A DNA stretch of 62,438 nt from Waddliaceae bacterium (GTDB lineage Bacteria; Chlamydiota; Chlamydiia; Chlamydiales; SLOH01). Positions within the stretch are counted from its first letter, which is position 1; every line of letters begins with the position of its first letter. The stretch spans positions 1 to 62,438 of the forward strand of contig JBBDJA010000030.1 in assembly GCA_040880105.1 (NCBI GenBank), read 5' to 3'. Shown piece by piece: positions 21,235-31,453 of this stretch. The notes beneath the pieces are model-generated. The model searched no databases and was not told the DNA's origin. It saw only the letters and a list, made by a program, of their open reading frames with translations. Both the position numbers and the translations under genes were made by a program.

Positions 21235-21324
21235 ATGAGTAATGTAGGTGTCATTGGAGCCGGCCCATCAGGATTCCGTGATTGCTTTGGATACTCTGTT
21301 TGCAAAGGCAATCATTTCTTTTAG
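21235..21324 (+). pseudogene. 5' stub of a flavin-dependent oxidoreductase
   Basis: MSNVGVIGAGPSG Rossmann motif, then premature stop. Confidence 0.55.
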
Positions 21325-21501
21325 TGATTTTGGGGACAACCCGAATATGCCAAAGCCTACAGCGGTCAGGATATTTAAAGTTCCTCAAGATCAAAAAGTG
21401 CTTGAGGTTATACGTCTAGAAAGAGGAAAAACTCCGGGGATTGTCGTCTATTCTAAATTGCTTGAAATTGTTGAAGTTTAGGAAGGTAGTTATCTGTTAA
21501 T

Positions 21502-21560
21502 AAAAAAACAGAACCTTACGGTTCTGTTTTTTAATTTCAATGGGAAGTGGAGAAGCGGAT
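21502..21560 (+). repeat. tmRNA-end junction repeat J1 (degenerate)
   Basis: aaaaaacagaacc-ttac-ggttctgtttttt hairpin then tgggaagtggagaag. Confidence 0.5.
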
Positions 21561-22280
21561 TTATTGGTGCATTGAGATTCCAATGCCAGAACGTTTACAC
21601 TCCTGTTTAAACCATTTATCCAGCGATAATTTAAATTCCCATTTTTTTTCTACATAATTAACCCACTCTTTATAAGTGCCTTCTGTATTTTCTGACTGAA
21701 ATTCTTCTATATGAGGACTATAGAATGAAAAATCACATTTTAAGGGATTGTCTTTTACATAGTTATAGGCTTCATATAGAGAGGCATTTGGATGAAAAGT
21801 TTGATAAACTTTTAACAGCTGATTTCGTTCTTTCATTGCCTTACTACCGGGTACTAGTATTTTGTATAACCCTGTTATAGGATTGAACATTAGATCGGGT
21901 TTTATAACGCACAAAGGAGTAAGTAGAATATCTATAATACCAGAGTTCCGTTCAGCTTTGCTTAGCGCAGCAGCATCTTCCTTGATTTGTTTTAAGGTTA
22001 ATTCATCTCTAATTTCTCTATTTTCATCTAGAAGGCGTTTAATTTCTCTTTTGCTCATATCAATCTGTTCTTTTAGAGCGTCCTGATCATTGCAATTCAT
22101 AATCTGAAAAGCAATTTGAATAGCTCTATACTCAACGGAATTAGCTTCGTGTGTCCAAAGAACTCTCAGCGCCTCCTCTCGATTGTTAATTGTAATTTGC
22201 CCTTCTTGATCAATAGATATCAGATCATTCAGAGTTTGATTGTTTTCGACGGCATTTATGGGAATCAAAGCTGCAGCCAT
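21561..22280 (-). CDS. Hypothetical coiled-coil protein, paralog 1
   Basis: N-terminal ~60 aa nearly identical to 22872-23606. Confidence 0.75.
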   Translation of the reverse strand: MAAALIPINAVENNQTLNDLISIDQEGQITINNREEALRVLWTHEANSVEYRAIQIAFQIMNCNDQDALKEQIDMSKREIKRLLDENREIRDELTLKQIKEDAAALSKAERNSGIIDILLTPLCVIKPDLMFNPITGLYKILVPGSKAMKERNQLLKVYQTFHPNASLYEAYNYVKDNPLKCDFSFYSPHIEEFQSENTEGTYKEWVNYVEKKWEFKLSLDKWFKQECKRSGIGISMHQ

Positions 22281-22871
22281 AGTAAGCTCCTTTTTTGTAA
22301 AAACTAAATATTTATGCTATTGTGACGTTTCTCTGAGAAAATTTCTATAAAAGAAAGTGATCTTTAATGCTTTTTTCAATAAAACCCTCTTTTTTCGAAG
22401 AAGAGCTGTACTGTTTGCTCCAAATTCATATCAATACATCGACAAAATTTCATTTTTTTTTATTCGACTGCGGACGCGCGAGTCGGTAGTTTAGCAGAAA
22501 GAGTAACTTAATAGCTGGTCCAGTTTTGGGGTCCACTGTAGAGAAGGCAATTGTGGACTATTTTAGGTTACACATAAAGGTGTGCTCAAGAGTCGGGTAA
22601 GGGACTTTCATGATGAATGGTTATTACTGTGATGGGGAATGTCTTAGGTAAGCTTTCGATATGCCCTGGTTAACCAGGGCAAAGATATGTGTTTTTCTTC
22701 TGATAATATTCTTTTATATCACATTCTAAGTAGCTTACCGTAATCTCTATTGTGAAGCTTTAGAAAATTGAAACCAGACATCTACGATTGGGTGCTAGTC
22801 TTTAATTATGCTTCCTCCCTTTTATTGGGAGGAATGACACAGTATTTTAGATTTTGGCACAGTTGCCGGAA

Positions 22872-23606
22872 TTACTCACGCTCTCTCACTATTTGAAAAC
22901 CAGTAGGACCATGATCTGTAAATCTTACTTTCCATCTACATTGAACTGGTAGTCTTTTTGTTCCTAGGTAATTAACAAATTCTTTGTAATCTCCTTCTGG
23001 ATGATTTTCCTGAAATTCTTCTATAAGAGAAGTGTAATCTTGAATATCATATTTTAAGGGGTTGTTTTTGACGTAGTTATAGGCATCAGTTAGAGAACTG
23101 TCTTTATGAAGAGTTTGATAAGCCGTTAACTGCGCTTTTCTGTAACGCATCGCTTCACTTCCAGGTATTAGTATTTTGCATAACCCCATTATAGGCTTAA
23201 CAACTAGCATAGGGGGGGCTACAATATGCAGGGGGGTGACTAGAATATCTAAAATACCATCGTTCCTTTCAGCAGCGCTCAGCGCAGCAGCATCTTCTTT
23301 CATTTGTTTTAAGGTATATTGATCCAGTTGATCTATAATTTTTGCCTTTTCTTCTTGAAGAGATTTGATTTCTCTTTCGCCCATTTCAACTTTTTCTTTT
23401 AAAGCATTTTGTTCATTGCTATTCATAATCTGAAAAGCAATTTGAACAGCTCTATATTCAATGGAATTAGTATCACATGTCCAAAGAACTCTCAGCGCCT
23501 CCTCTCGATTGTTAATTGTAATTTGCCCTTCTTGATCAATAGATATCAGATCATTCAGAGTTTGATTGTTTTCGATGGCATTTATGGGAATCAATGCTGC
23601 AGCCAT
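22872..23606 (-). CDS. Hypothetical coiled-coil protein, paralog 2
   Basis: Tandem paralog with shared upstream region. Confidence 0.75.
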   Translation of the reverse strand: MAAALIPINAIENNQTLNDLISIDQEGQITINNREEALRVLWTCDTNSIEYRAVQIAFQIMNSNEQNALKEKVEMGEREIKSLQEEKAKIIDQLDQYTLKQMKEDAAALSAAERNDGILDILVTPLHIVAPPMLVVKPIMGLCKILIPGSEAMRYRKAQLTAYQTLHKDSSLTDAYNYVKNNPLKYDIQDYTSLIEEFQENHPEGDYKEFVNYLGTKRLPVQCRWKVRFTDHGPTGFQIVRERE

Positions 23607-24122
23607 AGTGCGCTCCTTTTTGTAAAAAATAAATATTTATGCTATTGTGACGTTTCTTTGAGAAAATTTCTATAAAAGAAAGTGATTTTATCACTTCTGC
23701 CAATACAACCCCTTTTTTTTATGTAAGAGGAGTTTTAGTGTAGGCGCCGATCTTATATCAAGAGTATTGATTAAATTTCAATCTTTTTATTCGACTGTGG
23801 AGGCAACTTAGTAGTGTCAGCTTTCAGGGTTATGAATTTTGACTTCAAAGAAGGGAGCATCAATAGAAATCATAAAAATGAGCAGAAAAAACTATTTAAA
23901 GGAGAGTTTATTTCTAGTCTTACATAAAGAAATCACTCATCAAACTGTATTTCGTCATGGAGTGCATGCTGTTGCAGAAAATACAATGGAGTTGAGGGTT
24001 GGATTGAAGGTTACTCTTCAGTAACAAATTGGAAAATCAGAGTTTTGGACCCTGATTTCCAATAGTTATGGAGGATGAATTCGAGTTAAAGAAACTTTCG
24101 AAAAATTCATACTCTCATAATG

Positions 24123-24186
24123 AAGCAGAACCTATTGAATCTTTTTTTATGTATACGTGGAGAGGCAGGTTCAGACGTTTTAATCG
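24123..24186 (+). repeat. tmRNA-end junction repeat J2 (degenerate)
   Basis: Eroded aagcagaacc hairpin then gtggagaggcaggttcagacgtttt. Confidence 0.6.
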
Positions 24187-24237
24187 AATAAGAATTTAAA
24201 TTATTTGAGCGATTACTTTTCTTGGTCTTACATGGTC

Positions 24238-24492
24238 TTAGTGTTTGAAGTGGACAAAAATGCGGCCAAAATTTTTATTATCTTTCTCAATGCGGTGATA
24301 GAGTTTTTTTATATGTTTCTGATCTAAAAATCGGAGTACTTTCTTTTTGAGTTGACCACTGCCTTTTCCCGGAATGATCTCTACAAGGGAAATTTTTTTA
24401 CTGATAGCCTCTTCAATGACGCGGTTGAGCTCTTCATCAATGACACTTCCTTTGTTGTAGATGTCATGCAAGTCAAGTTTAATTTTTGCCAT
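24238..24492 (-). CDS. Stand-alone Smr/MutS2 domain protein
   Basis: KLDLH, EIIPGKGSGQLK, NFG. Confidence 0.85.
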   Translation of the reverse strand: MAKIKLDLHDIYNKGSVIDEELNRVIEEAISKKISLVEIIPGKGSGQLKKKVLRFLDQKHIKKLYHRIEKDNKNFGRIFVHFKH

Positions 24493-24856
24493 AACAAGCA
24501 GTATCCTATTGGTATCAGATTTTAGCCTATACAAAAATATGAATGAATTCCAGGTGAGAATGTGTACATCAAGTCACATCTAACAGTTAAGAATTTTTCG
24601 ACTCATTCCTTCAAGCTTTCCATCGAATTAACACATTAGAGGGGGCATATCTCTCAAATCCTTGTTTGTGACCCATAAATCCAAAAAAAATCCTCTGAAA
24701 ATCAATCATTTATAAATTCATGCTGCGTTTTTTTGAAAAATTAAGAATCAAAATCTAAGAGTAATTCAAGTATTCTAGGTTATGAAAAAAGTCAAAAAAA
24801 GTTTACATGTTTTGCTGTGATTGGTAAACATAGCACAGATAACCTAGGAGGGTACC

Positions 24857-25048
24857 ATGTCTAAGTATAGTTGTGATAAGTGTGGAATGCAGGTTGAGCC
24901 TTTGAAGTGTGGCAAGTGTGGTGTCGCATTAGAAAATCGAAAGATTGAAACCCAAGGCAATGAGGTACAGGTAGCTGAGTGTCCAAAAGGATGCGGAAAA
25001 GTGAAGTCACCTCAATGCTGTGGACATGATATGGATTTCAAAAAATAG
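24857..25048 (+). CDS. Small Cys-rich putative zinc-binding protein
   Basis: CDKC, CGKC, CPKGC, CCG; aggagg RBS. Confidence 0.75.
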   Translation: MSKYSCDKCGMQVEPLKCGKCGVALENRKIETQGNEVQVAECPKGCGKVKSPQCCGHDMDFKK

Positions 25049-25419
25049 TGATTTTGCCACATCATTTTCAAAAATAAAAAATCGTTTACTGTTAATGCGG
25101 TTTGGGACTGGTTTAAAAACACAATTGGCTCTACAGTACCTGATTGTGTCAAGGTTGTAGCGACATTTGGCAGGATTGATCCTGAGTTTTCTAATTATCC
25201 ATTACCATAGGAAACCTTTCGGGCCCACTTGAAAAATCTTTGTAAATTTGGAATCCTGGAATTTTCTGGAAATGATTTGGGGACCCCAGGTAGTTGTCAG
25301 TTTAAAGTTGTAAGCAAAAATTCACATTAGCAGATTAGTGACCCACCATGCTGGGTGATAAAGTGGAGATGAAGAAATATTTGCGCGTTACAATTTAGAT
25401 TGCATAGGAAAGAGTAGGC

Positions 25420-25499
25420 AAAAAAAAGCAGAACCATTTTGATTCTGCTTTTTTTCTTATAATTGGAAGTTGAGAGACAGTTTCAGAACTTTTTATTGG
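25420..25499 (+). repeat. tmRNA-end junction repeat J3
   Basis: aaaaaaagcagaacc/gattctgcttttttt hairpin; tggaagttgagagacagtttcagaactttttattgg. Confidence 0.75.
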
Positions 25500-25505
25500 T
25501 CAGAC

Positions 25506-26888
25506 CTATATCGCCAATTGGTTTTCTATGCTCTCAATCAGTCGATGCAGCTGTCCCAATAGATAGAATGGCAAAGAGAGCAGAGTATATTCTACAGGGG
25601 AGCTGTCGGAAGTCTTCACCTGAATTGGAGTAATTGAGGGATAATCGGAATTTATCCTAACAGCTAGGCTCCTTCCTTTAAGATGCATGAATTGGTGAAG
25701 AGACTTGAGTGCCCCTGTACTACCAGCCTTCACTTCTATTGGAACAACTATATTCCCATGCTGAACAATATAGTCAATCTCAGCGTTTGCTCCTGAATCA
25801 GTGCGTTGCCAGTAGTTGAGCGAAGGGGAAGCATAGGGTGGAAACAAGGTTCTCAACTGCTGCCCAACAAGCTGTTCTGCAATGCCACCGCTGTTAACTA
25901 GGCTTAGTTCTGATACCGATCTCAGCTGGTGTAGAGAGAGTCCAAGTTCAGCGCTAGCTAGACCACAATCCAGTAGGATAACCTTGAAGAACTTGTTTTT
26001 GATCTCGGCATTTAGAGGTAAGCCATTTGCCGAGGTTGCAAATACGCGGTGACACACACGGGCTTTATCTAGCAAGTCGAGAGCTTGTTTTAGCGGCGGA
26101 GTATTAACCTCTGAATTGGCGTGTGTGTAGATGAATTTTTTCCCAAGCTGGCGTGGCACTGAAGCTAAAAGTTCTTCTAGGCGTGCAGTTGATAGGCGGC
26201 CTCGATATTTAGCGAAGTCCTCACGGTAAGTAGTCAGTAGATCAAAGTGAACTTGACTGAGTGCGTCGAGGTTTTCCTGGGAACTCCAGCATGAAATGGC
26301 GGCAGGCATGCCACCAACGACTAAGTACTCCTTTACAGCTGAGAAAAGCTGCGTATGAATGGCAGCAGGAATGGTTTTACCTAGCTGATATGCTTGCAGA
26401 AACTTCCGAAGTTCATGGTTGCCAATTGCCTCCAAGAATTCTTCGAATGATAGTGGTTCAAGATACATATAACCGATTCGCCCCACCGGCATGCTAAATT
26501 CATGCTCGGCCAAAGCAAAGTCTAATAGAGAGCCAGCAGCTACGACTGGGAGTTCCGGCATATCTTCAGCAAACCAACGCAGTTTAGCGAGCAGGTGAGG
26601 TGCAGCTTGTATTTCATCCAGGAACAATATGGTGTTAGAAGGTTCGATAACTTTACCAAGAGATGCTGCGATATTGGCAACGGTCTCTTTTGGTTCATTT
26701 GAGTCAAACAAGGATTCAAGATCTGGTCGCTTCTCAAAATTCAACTCAATTAGCCGTCTATCGGTCGACGCAGCCAAATCCCGAATTAGCCAAGTCTTAC
26801 CCGTTTGCCTTGCCCCTCGAATAACTAAGGGCTTTCGTGTCTTTGTATTTAGCCAGTCAATTAAGAAAGAGGTGCGGTCGCGCTTCAT
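25506..26888 (-). CDS. AAA_14 ATPase with DUF4143 (PD-(D/E)xK-like) C-terminus
   Basis: GARQTGKT, LFLDEIQ, GGMP, AEIDY...PIEVK. Confidence 0.9.
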   Translation of the reverse strand: MKRDRTSFLIDWLNTKTRKPLVIRGARQTGKTWLIRDLAASTDRRLIELNFEKRPDLESLFDSNEPKETVANIAASLGKVIEPSNTILFLDEIQAAPHLLAKLRWFAEDMPELPVVAAGSLLDFALAEHEFSMPVGRIGYMYLEPLSFEEFLEAIGNHELRKFLQAYQLGKTIPAAIHTQLFSAVKEYLVVGGMPAAISCWSSQENLDALSQVHFDLLTTYREDFAKYRGRLSTARLEELLASVPRQLGKKFIYTHANSEVNTPPLKQALDLLDKARVCHRVFATSANGLPLNAEIKNKFFKVILLDCGLASAELGLSLHQLRSVSELSLVNSGGIAEQLVGQQLRTLFPPYASPSLNYWQRTDSGANAEIDYIVQHGNIVVPIEVKAGSTGALKSLHQFMHLKGRSLAVRINSDYPSITPIQVKTSDSSPVEYTLLSLPFYLLGQLHRLIESIENQLAI

Positions 26889-27077
26889 ATTATAGACTCC
26901 TTTTTCTTGATTCTATCCTAACCCTCCGTTTAAGTCTAGAAAACAAAGGGTTGTTTTTGTGTGTAAGCCTAGAAAACAAAGGGGTGTTTTGAAGGTTATC
27001 GTTAGAAAGGTTTGAGTTTTGTAGCTGTTTTATCGGCTAAAGTAACTGGGGATCAAATAGCCTTTGATGTAATGCAG
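26807..27077. repeat. Duplicated ATPase 5' end plus promoter, copy 1
   Basis: Near-identical to 37083-37318; carries an extra internal ~31-bp tandem unit. Confidence 0.85.
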
Positions 27078-27390
27078 TATGCGATTGTGCATCCAGCATT
27101 AATTCACAAGCTGATTTTATTGAATACAATGTCTCCCTCATCCGAAGAATTTTCTCTATTTGTGCAAGAATGGATGAAGCGAATGGCCCCATATCAAGAT
27201 GAACTCAAGGCAATTAAAAACAATCCAGAATTTACTAAAGGAAGTCTATCGCTTATTGAGAAATATATCGAATGATCTTCGGAAGATATTTTTATAATCC
27301 TGAGAAAGCAGATCTTCTCAATTTATATATGAGTCCAAAAGCGTCCATTGATGGAGCATAAGTTTATAAGATATTTACAAAGTCATTATT
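27063..27390 (+). pseudogene. Alpha/beta hydrolase fragment
   Basis: MQYAI.HP..I.KLILLN pattern following the nucleophile region; truncated with stops. Confidence 0.5.
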
Positions 27391-27786
27391 TTTTGAAAAA
27401 TGTTTTTGGGTTGGGGCTTTCAAACGAATAGATAAAGAAGGCTATGCAGTAGCGCGGCATATCTTCGGTGGCGAGCCTTCTGATCCTGAGATTTACAACT
27501 TTGTTCAGAATAATTACCAAGAGCTAGGACTTTGGAGAAGTTAGAAATATCGATGTACAAATCCAGAGAAAAAACCCAAAAAGAGTCCAGCGGGAAGTTC
27601 GCCGTGAAATGGAAAAAATAAAAGAAACCACTCGGTCTTCAACTTTAGCACAAGATTATATGAGGGAAGAACTTGAAAAAAAGAAAAAGGAAAGAAGAAA
27701 AGTCTCCAGCGCCCAGAAACAAGCTCGCATAGATGAGTAGTTTTCTATTAGGTAACAAAAAAAGCTGAAAAAAAGTGGTAGGTGAA
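27390..27786 (+). pseudogene. YjdF/DUF2992 family pseudogene
   Basis: FWVG, VARHIFGGEPSDPEIY, KNPKRVQR; frameshift and stops. Confidence 0.65.
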
Positions 27787-28235
27787 AGATTTTGGAAACT
27801 CTTCAAGAGTTTTGAAGGCATTTTTAGACGGCTACAAAGTCTGTAGGCATGTCGAATTCTAAGGGTTCTATCGATTGAGATTATTCGGTTATGTTTATAA
27901 TTTTAAAAGTTCTTCAAAAATCGTCATTTTTGGATAGCAATTGGTCAAGAAGCTAAAGTCTCAAATCCCTGTGTGTTGTTAGATTCATCTTGGAGCCTTT
28001 GTTTTCCGTTTTTTCCCATTTCACAACAGCAGGGTGGGTCACTCCAAAAAGTTTACCTTTGCTTAGAAAGGTTGCGTTAGCATTCCTTCACAAAAGATGA
28101 GTCTTTAAAATGTGGGCTGCTGCATCTTTTAAATACTGCGAACAGTTAATAAAAAATTTATTATTATTATTAATCATCTAATAAAAATACTTATATACTT
28201 GAAAAAAATGTTGTATTTCTTTAAACTAATTCATT

Positions 28236-29654
28236 ATGTTTAATACTGTCGGCGTTTATAGAGGGTCCTTTGATCCTCCTACTTTTGGTCACCTAGAAAC
28301 AGCTACCTGCTCTCTTAAGTATGGCGTTGATAAAGTCGTCATCGTTTTTACTGATAGTAATCCTTGTAAGCCTAACCGCAGCAGCGATGAAGTTCGTTTT
28401 GAACAGTTAAAAATATTATTTTATAGATGTCCATGGGCTTCAATAAGCAAAAAAAGCTTTAAGGCTACATTGCAAGGCCTTTTCGATGATCCCACAGTGA
28501 AAAGGGTTCGGTTAATTGTTGGCTTTGATCTCTTGTCAGTTAAATTCAGACCTGTAGCAAAGCCTAAAATTGTAGATTGTCTGGCTGTACCGAGAAACGA
28601 TTTTGATTTAGAATCCTTACCTAAAAGCTGGAACGGGCTACCTTTAGAAATCATCGATACTGAAGGGCTTTTGTATCGTCATACGAGTTCGTCACAGTTA
28701 CGTCTGGATCTGTCGGAGAATCGTCTTTGTGAAGCGTTACGCTTAGTGCCTCCAAATCTTTTTGAAAAGATTCTTGATAAGGGGCTTTATTCAATACCTT
28801 TGGTGCTAGTCGCTAATCGACTGCTAGCTAATTGCTCATTTGAATTGTGCGAACGCGGGTTCTCTGATGATGTTGTCATTTATATAAAGGACGAGTGTGG
28901 TAAACGTCAGCTTGTCGCAAAAATCTTTTCAAATCGTACTCGATTTAAAGCCGAATTTTCCGGCTATAGGAAGTTGCGCAAGCTGAATCTCAAGAGAATT
29001 AATATTCCGACAATTCATGTGGCAGAAGCTAATATGATCATCATGGACTATGTCAAAGGGAGCACTCTTGCAGAGATGATGGGCAGCAATTTGGAAGCAG
29101 TTCGTCTCTGTGCGAAAGCTAACCTTGAGCTTCACCAAGTGACGGCACGCGAATTAAAAAGCTATCCGAATGACTTGGAAGTTGTTGCCGGCAGAGTAGC
29201 GGCTTTATCTCAACGATATGCTGATGCTCTACAGGCCAGGTGTCAATCTTTAGTCCAGGATTTTTTAAAAGATCCGGGAATGCAAAGCGCTGTTCATGGG
29301 GATCCAAACCATTTTAATTGGATCGTAGACCTTGACGCGCGTACTGTTTTCTATATTGATTTTTCGAACTTCGATGAGCGTGGACACGCTATGAAAGAGC
29401 TGTATGAAGCTGATTTGTGTTTTTGGACAGCGGCGAAGCGAGTGGGGGGAATTGATAAGGAAGCTATTAAGTCGATACGAAACGAGTATATAAATGCATA
29501 CCTGAAAGAAGCGCCCTCATCAATGGCTACAGTAGCAGCACAAGCATATTTTAAGAGTTACTGGCAATTGCGTATTATCGAACATTTGCTTTTAGCACAG
29601 AAGCCGTGTGAGACGGAGCTTGTTGAATTTTTAGGTATTTATCAGGAGTGTTAA
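28236..29654 (+). CDS. Cytidylyltransferase-like (NadD/CoaD-type) nucleotidyltransferase fused to APH/choline-kinase-like phosphotransferase
   Basis: GSFDPPTFGH and SSS.LR; C-terminal VAK, HGDPNHFN, YIDF. Confidence 0.75.
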   Translation: MFNTVGVYRGSFDPPTFGHLETATCSLKYGVDKVVIVFTDSNPCKPNRSSDEVRFEQLKILFYRCPWASISKKSFKATLQGLFDDPTVKRVRLIVGFDLLSVKFRPVAKPKIVDCLAVPRNDFDLESLPKSWNGLPLEIIDTEGLLYRHTSSSQLRLDLSENRLCEALRLVPPNLFEKILDKGLYSIPLVLVANRLLANCSFELCERGFSDDVVIYIKDECGKRQLVAKIFSNRTRFKAEFSGYRKLRKLNLKRINIPTIHVAEANMIIMDYVKGSTLAEMMGSNLEAVRLCAKANLELHQVTARELKSYPNDLEVVAGRVAALSQRYADALQARCQSLVQDFLKDPGMQSAVHGDPNHFNWIVDLDARTVFYIDFSNFDERGHAMKELYEADLCFWTAAKRVGGIDKEAIKSIRNEYINAYLKEAPSSMATVAAQAYFKSYWQLRIIEHLLLAQKPCETELVEFLGIYQEC

Positions 29655-30586
29655 TGTTTAAAAAACTTTTAGTTTTGATTTTAGCTGTGAATGCTTTGTC
29701 AGCAGAGATTCCTTATTCTCTTGAGAATTTGTTAAACTATAATCAGCAATCTCATGGATTTCACGTTAATGATTTCGAAAAAGCGATGTGCTTTGGCAGA
29801 GAAGGTACTGATGAAGTTTTCTTTTCAGATAAGCATGTTATTGTTGTGAAAGATAATTTCAAACGATTCTGTGACGGTCTTGGAAAAGGTTCGAAAGAGC
29901 ATTCTATTCCACATATTATTCATTTAATTTGGCTTGGCTCCAACCCTTCGGAAACAGTATCTGCATGCTTTGATTCATGGAAAAAACATCATCCCGACTG
30001 GGTGGTGAAAATTTGGACCGACAAGGATATTCCCGGATTCAGTTGGAGCTGTGATCACTCAAGGATCAGCTATGAGCTAGCGGACACTTGGGCGGAAAAA
30101 GCAGATATTTTGCGTCTGGAGATTCTTTATAAATTCGGAGGTATTTACAGCGACGCTGATGTCGTTTGCTTAAACTCATTTGACGAGTTGACGGAACAGG
30201 ATATTGGTTTTTTTAGTGCATTTGAGCTTAACTACGTAGGAAAGCATTATGGCGAGCCCTTTTTTGTAGGCTCTGCGATCATGGGGGCAAAAAAGGGAAG
30301 CGAAGTAATGAAATTCTGCCTTAATAACCTCAAGTCTAAACAAGATGCTCCTGAAGAGGGAATTATTAAAAGAACAGGGCCGGGTCTCATAAGCCGCGCT
30401 TGTCAGTCTGTTTTGGATAGCAAAAGCGAGACTGTTTTAGTTCTTCCGTGCAGCTATTTATATCCGCTCCCCTGGAAAAAGCGTGATACAACTGCCGTTG
30501 ACGTGCTCGATTATGTTAGTACGGATTCTTTAGCAATCCACTTGTGGGATGGCTCTTGGTGCACACATAAAAAGAAGAATAAATAA
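29654..30586 (+). CDS. DXD glycosyltransferase (GT32/OCH1-like)
   Basis: IPHIIHLIWLG, KADILRLEILYKFGGIYSDAD, TGPG, HLW.GSW. Confidence 0.88.
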   Translation: MFKKLLVLILAVNALSAEIPYSLENLLNYNQQSHGFHVNDFEKAMCFGREGTDEVFFSDKHVIVVKDNFKRFCDGLGKGSKEHSIPHIIHLIWLGSNPSETVSACFDSWKKHHPDWVVKIWTDKDIPGFSWSCDHSRISYELADTWAEKADILRLEILYKFGGIYSDADVVCLNSFDELTEQDIGFFSAFELNYVGKHYGEPFFVGSAIMGAKKGSEVMKFCLNNLKSKQDAPEEGIIKRTGPGLISRACQSVLDSKSETVLVLPCSYLYPLPWKKRDTTAVDVLDYVSTDSLAIHLWDGSWCTHKKKNK

Positions 30587-30592
30587 CCGCAT

Positions 30593-31453
30593 ATGGTCTT
30601 AGATCCAATAGGTCAAATTTTGTTTCAGGCTTCGTCTATGTCTTGTCGTATTTCTCCTGAAGAGGAGGATGCTGCCATTCAGTACGTGGCTAAAGGCACT
30701 CTTGAAAAATTGCCTAAATCTCCTTGGGGGCAAACGAATGTTTACCTTCCTCCTGACTTATTGTTGGTAATTAAAGAATTAGGCCAGGACAGGGCTGTTC
30801 GTCGTGGGTGCGCAAATCTTAAAGCGACTGCACTTTGTCAAGAATTAGGGCTAAGGCATCTTATTGTTCCAAGGTTTGGTCTTTCGGGAGATTACACTTT
30901 TGAACAGCGTTTACCTGTAGCAGATGTAAATCTAAGGTCGCAAACTTCTCTATATGCTTCCCATCGCGACTGTTTTTCTCAAGCCGCAAAAGAGTTTTCG
31001 GCATTTTTGATTAAGTCCCATTTTCCTGATATTCTTACTTGGAGCCATCCATATCAGACTGAGGACAAAATACCTCTTGGAAGGTTCGATAATCTTCCTT
31101 TCTTTCTAAATAATGGCCAGGGGTGTGTGGGCCTTGTGGATTTAGGAGGATATAAAGTTAGACAGCAAAAACCTTCTGAACTAGAGATTGAAGAGTGCGT
31201 CAAAACTGCAATCGCTATCTTTCCGTATCACTTAGAAGAGGTTTGTGAAGCAGCTGGTGTGCCTTCCAAAAGATTTGAAGCTCTTACTAAAAAGACTCAG
31301 AATATCTTCGAAAAAATTCTTATTGGAAGTAAAGTCTTTTGTCGTTCTGTTTTCTGTAGAAAAACAGAAGAGGCAGACCTTGAGAAAAGCGCTCTCTATT
31401 ACAACTTTTATTTCAATAGAGGGGGTCAGCTGAGGGTAGTATATCACCAATGA
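30593..31453 (+). CDS. Hypothetical protein, possible atypical kinase fold
   Basis: LVIK, RFDNLP, GLVDL resemble kinase motifs; weak. Confidence 0.5.
   Translation: MVLDPIGQILFQASSMSCRISPEEEDAAIQYVAKGTLEKLPKSPWGQTNVYLPPDLLLVIKELGQDRAVRRGCANLKATALCQELGLRHLIVPRFGLSGDYTFEQRLPVADVNLRSQTSLYASHRDCFSQAAKEFSAFLIKSHFPDILTWSHPYQTEDKIPLGRFDNLPFFLNNGQGCVGLVDLGGYKVRQQKPSELEIEECVKTAIAIFPYHLEEVCEAAGVPSKRFEALTKKTQNIFEKILIGSKVFCRSVFCRKTEEADLEKSALYYNFYFNRGGQLRVVYHQ

Noticed and set aside
21561..23606. Diversity-generating retroelement template/variable pair
   Set aside because: No reverse transcriptase in the window and differences are not adenine-specific
25337..28043. 16/17 inverted pair agtgacccaccatgctg / cagcagggtgggtcact as IS ends
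   Set aside because: No transposase between them; only a faint transposase-like scrap near 28060-28120
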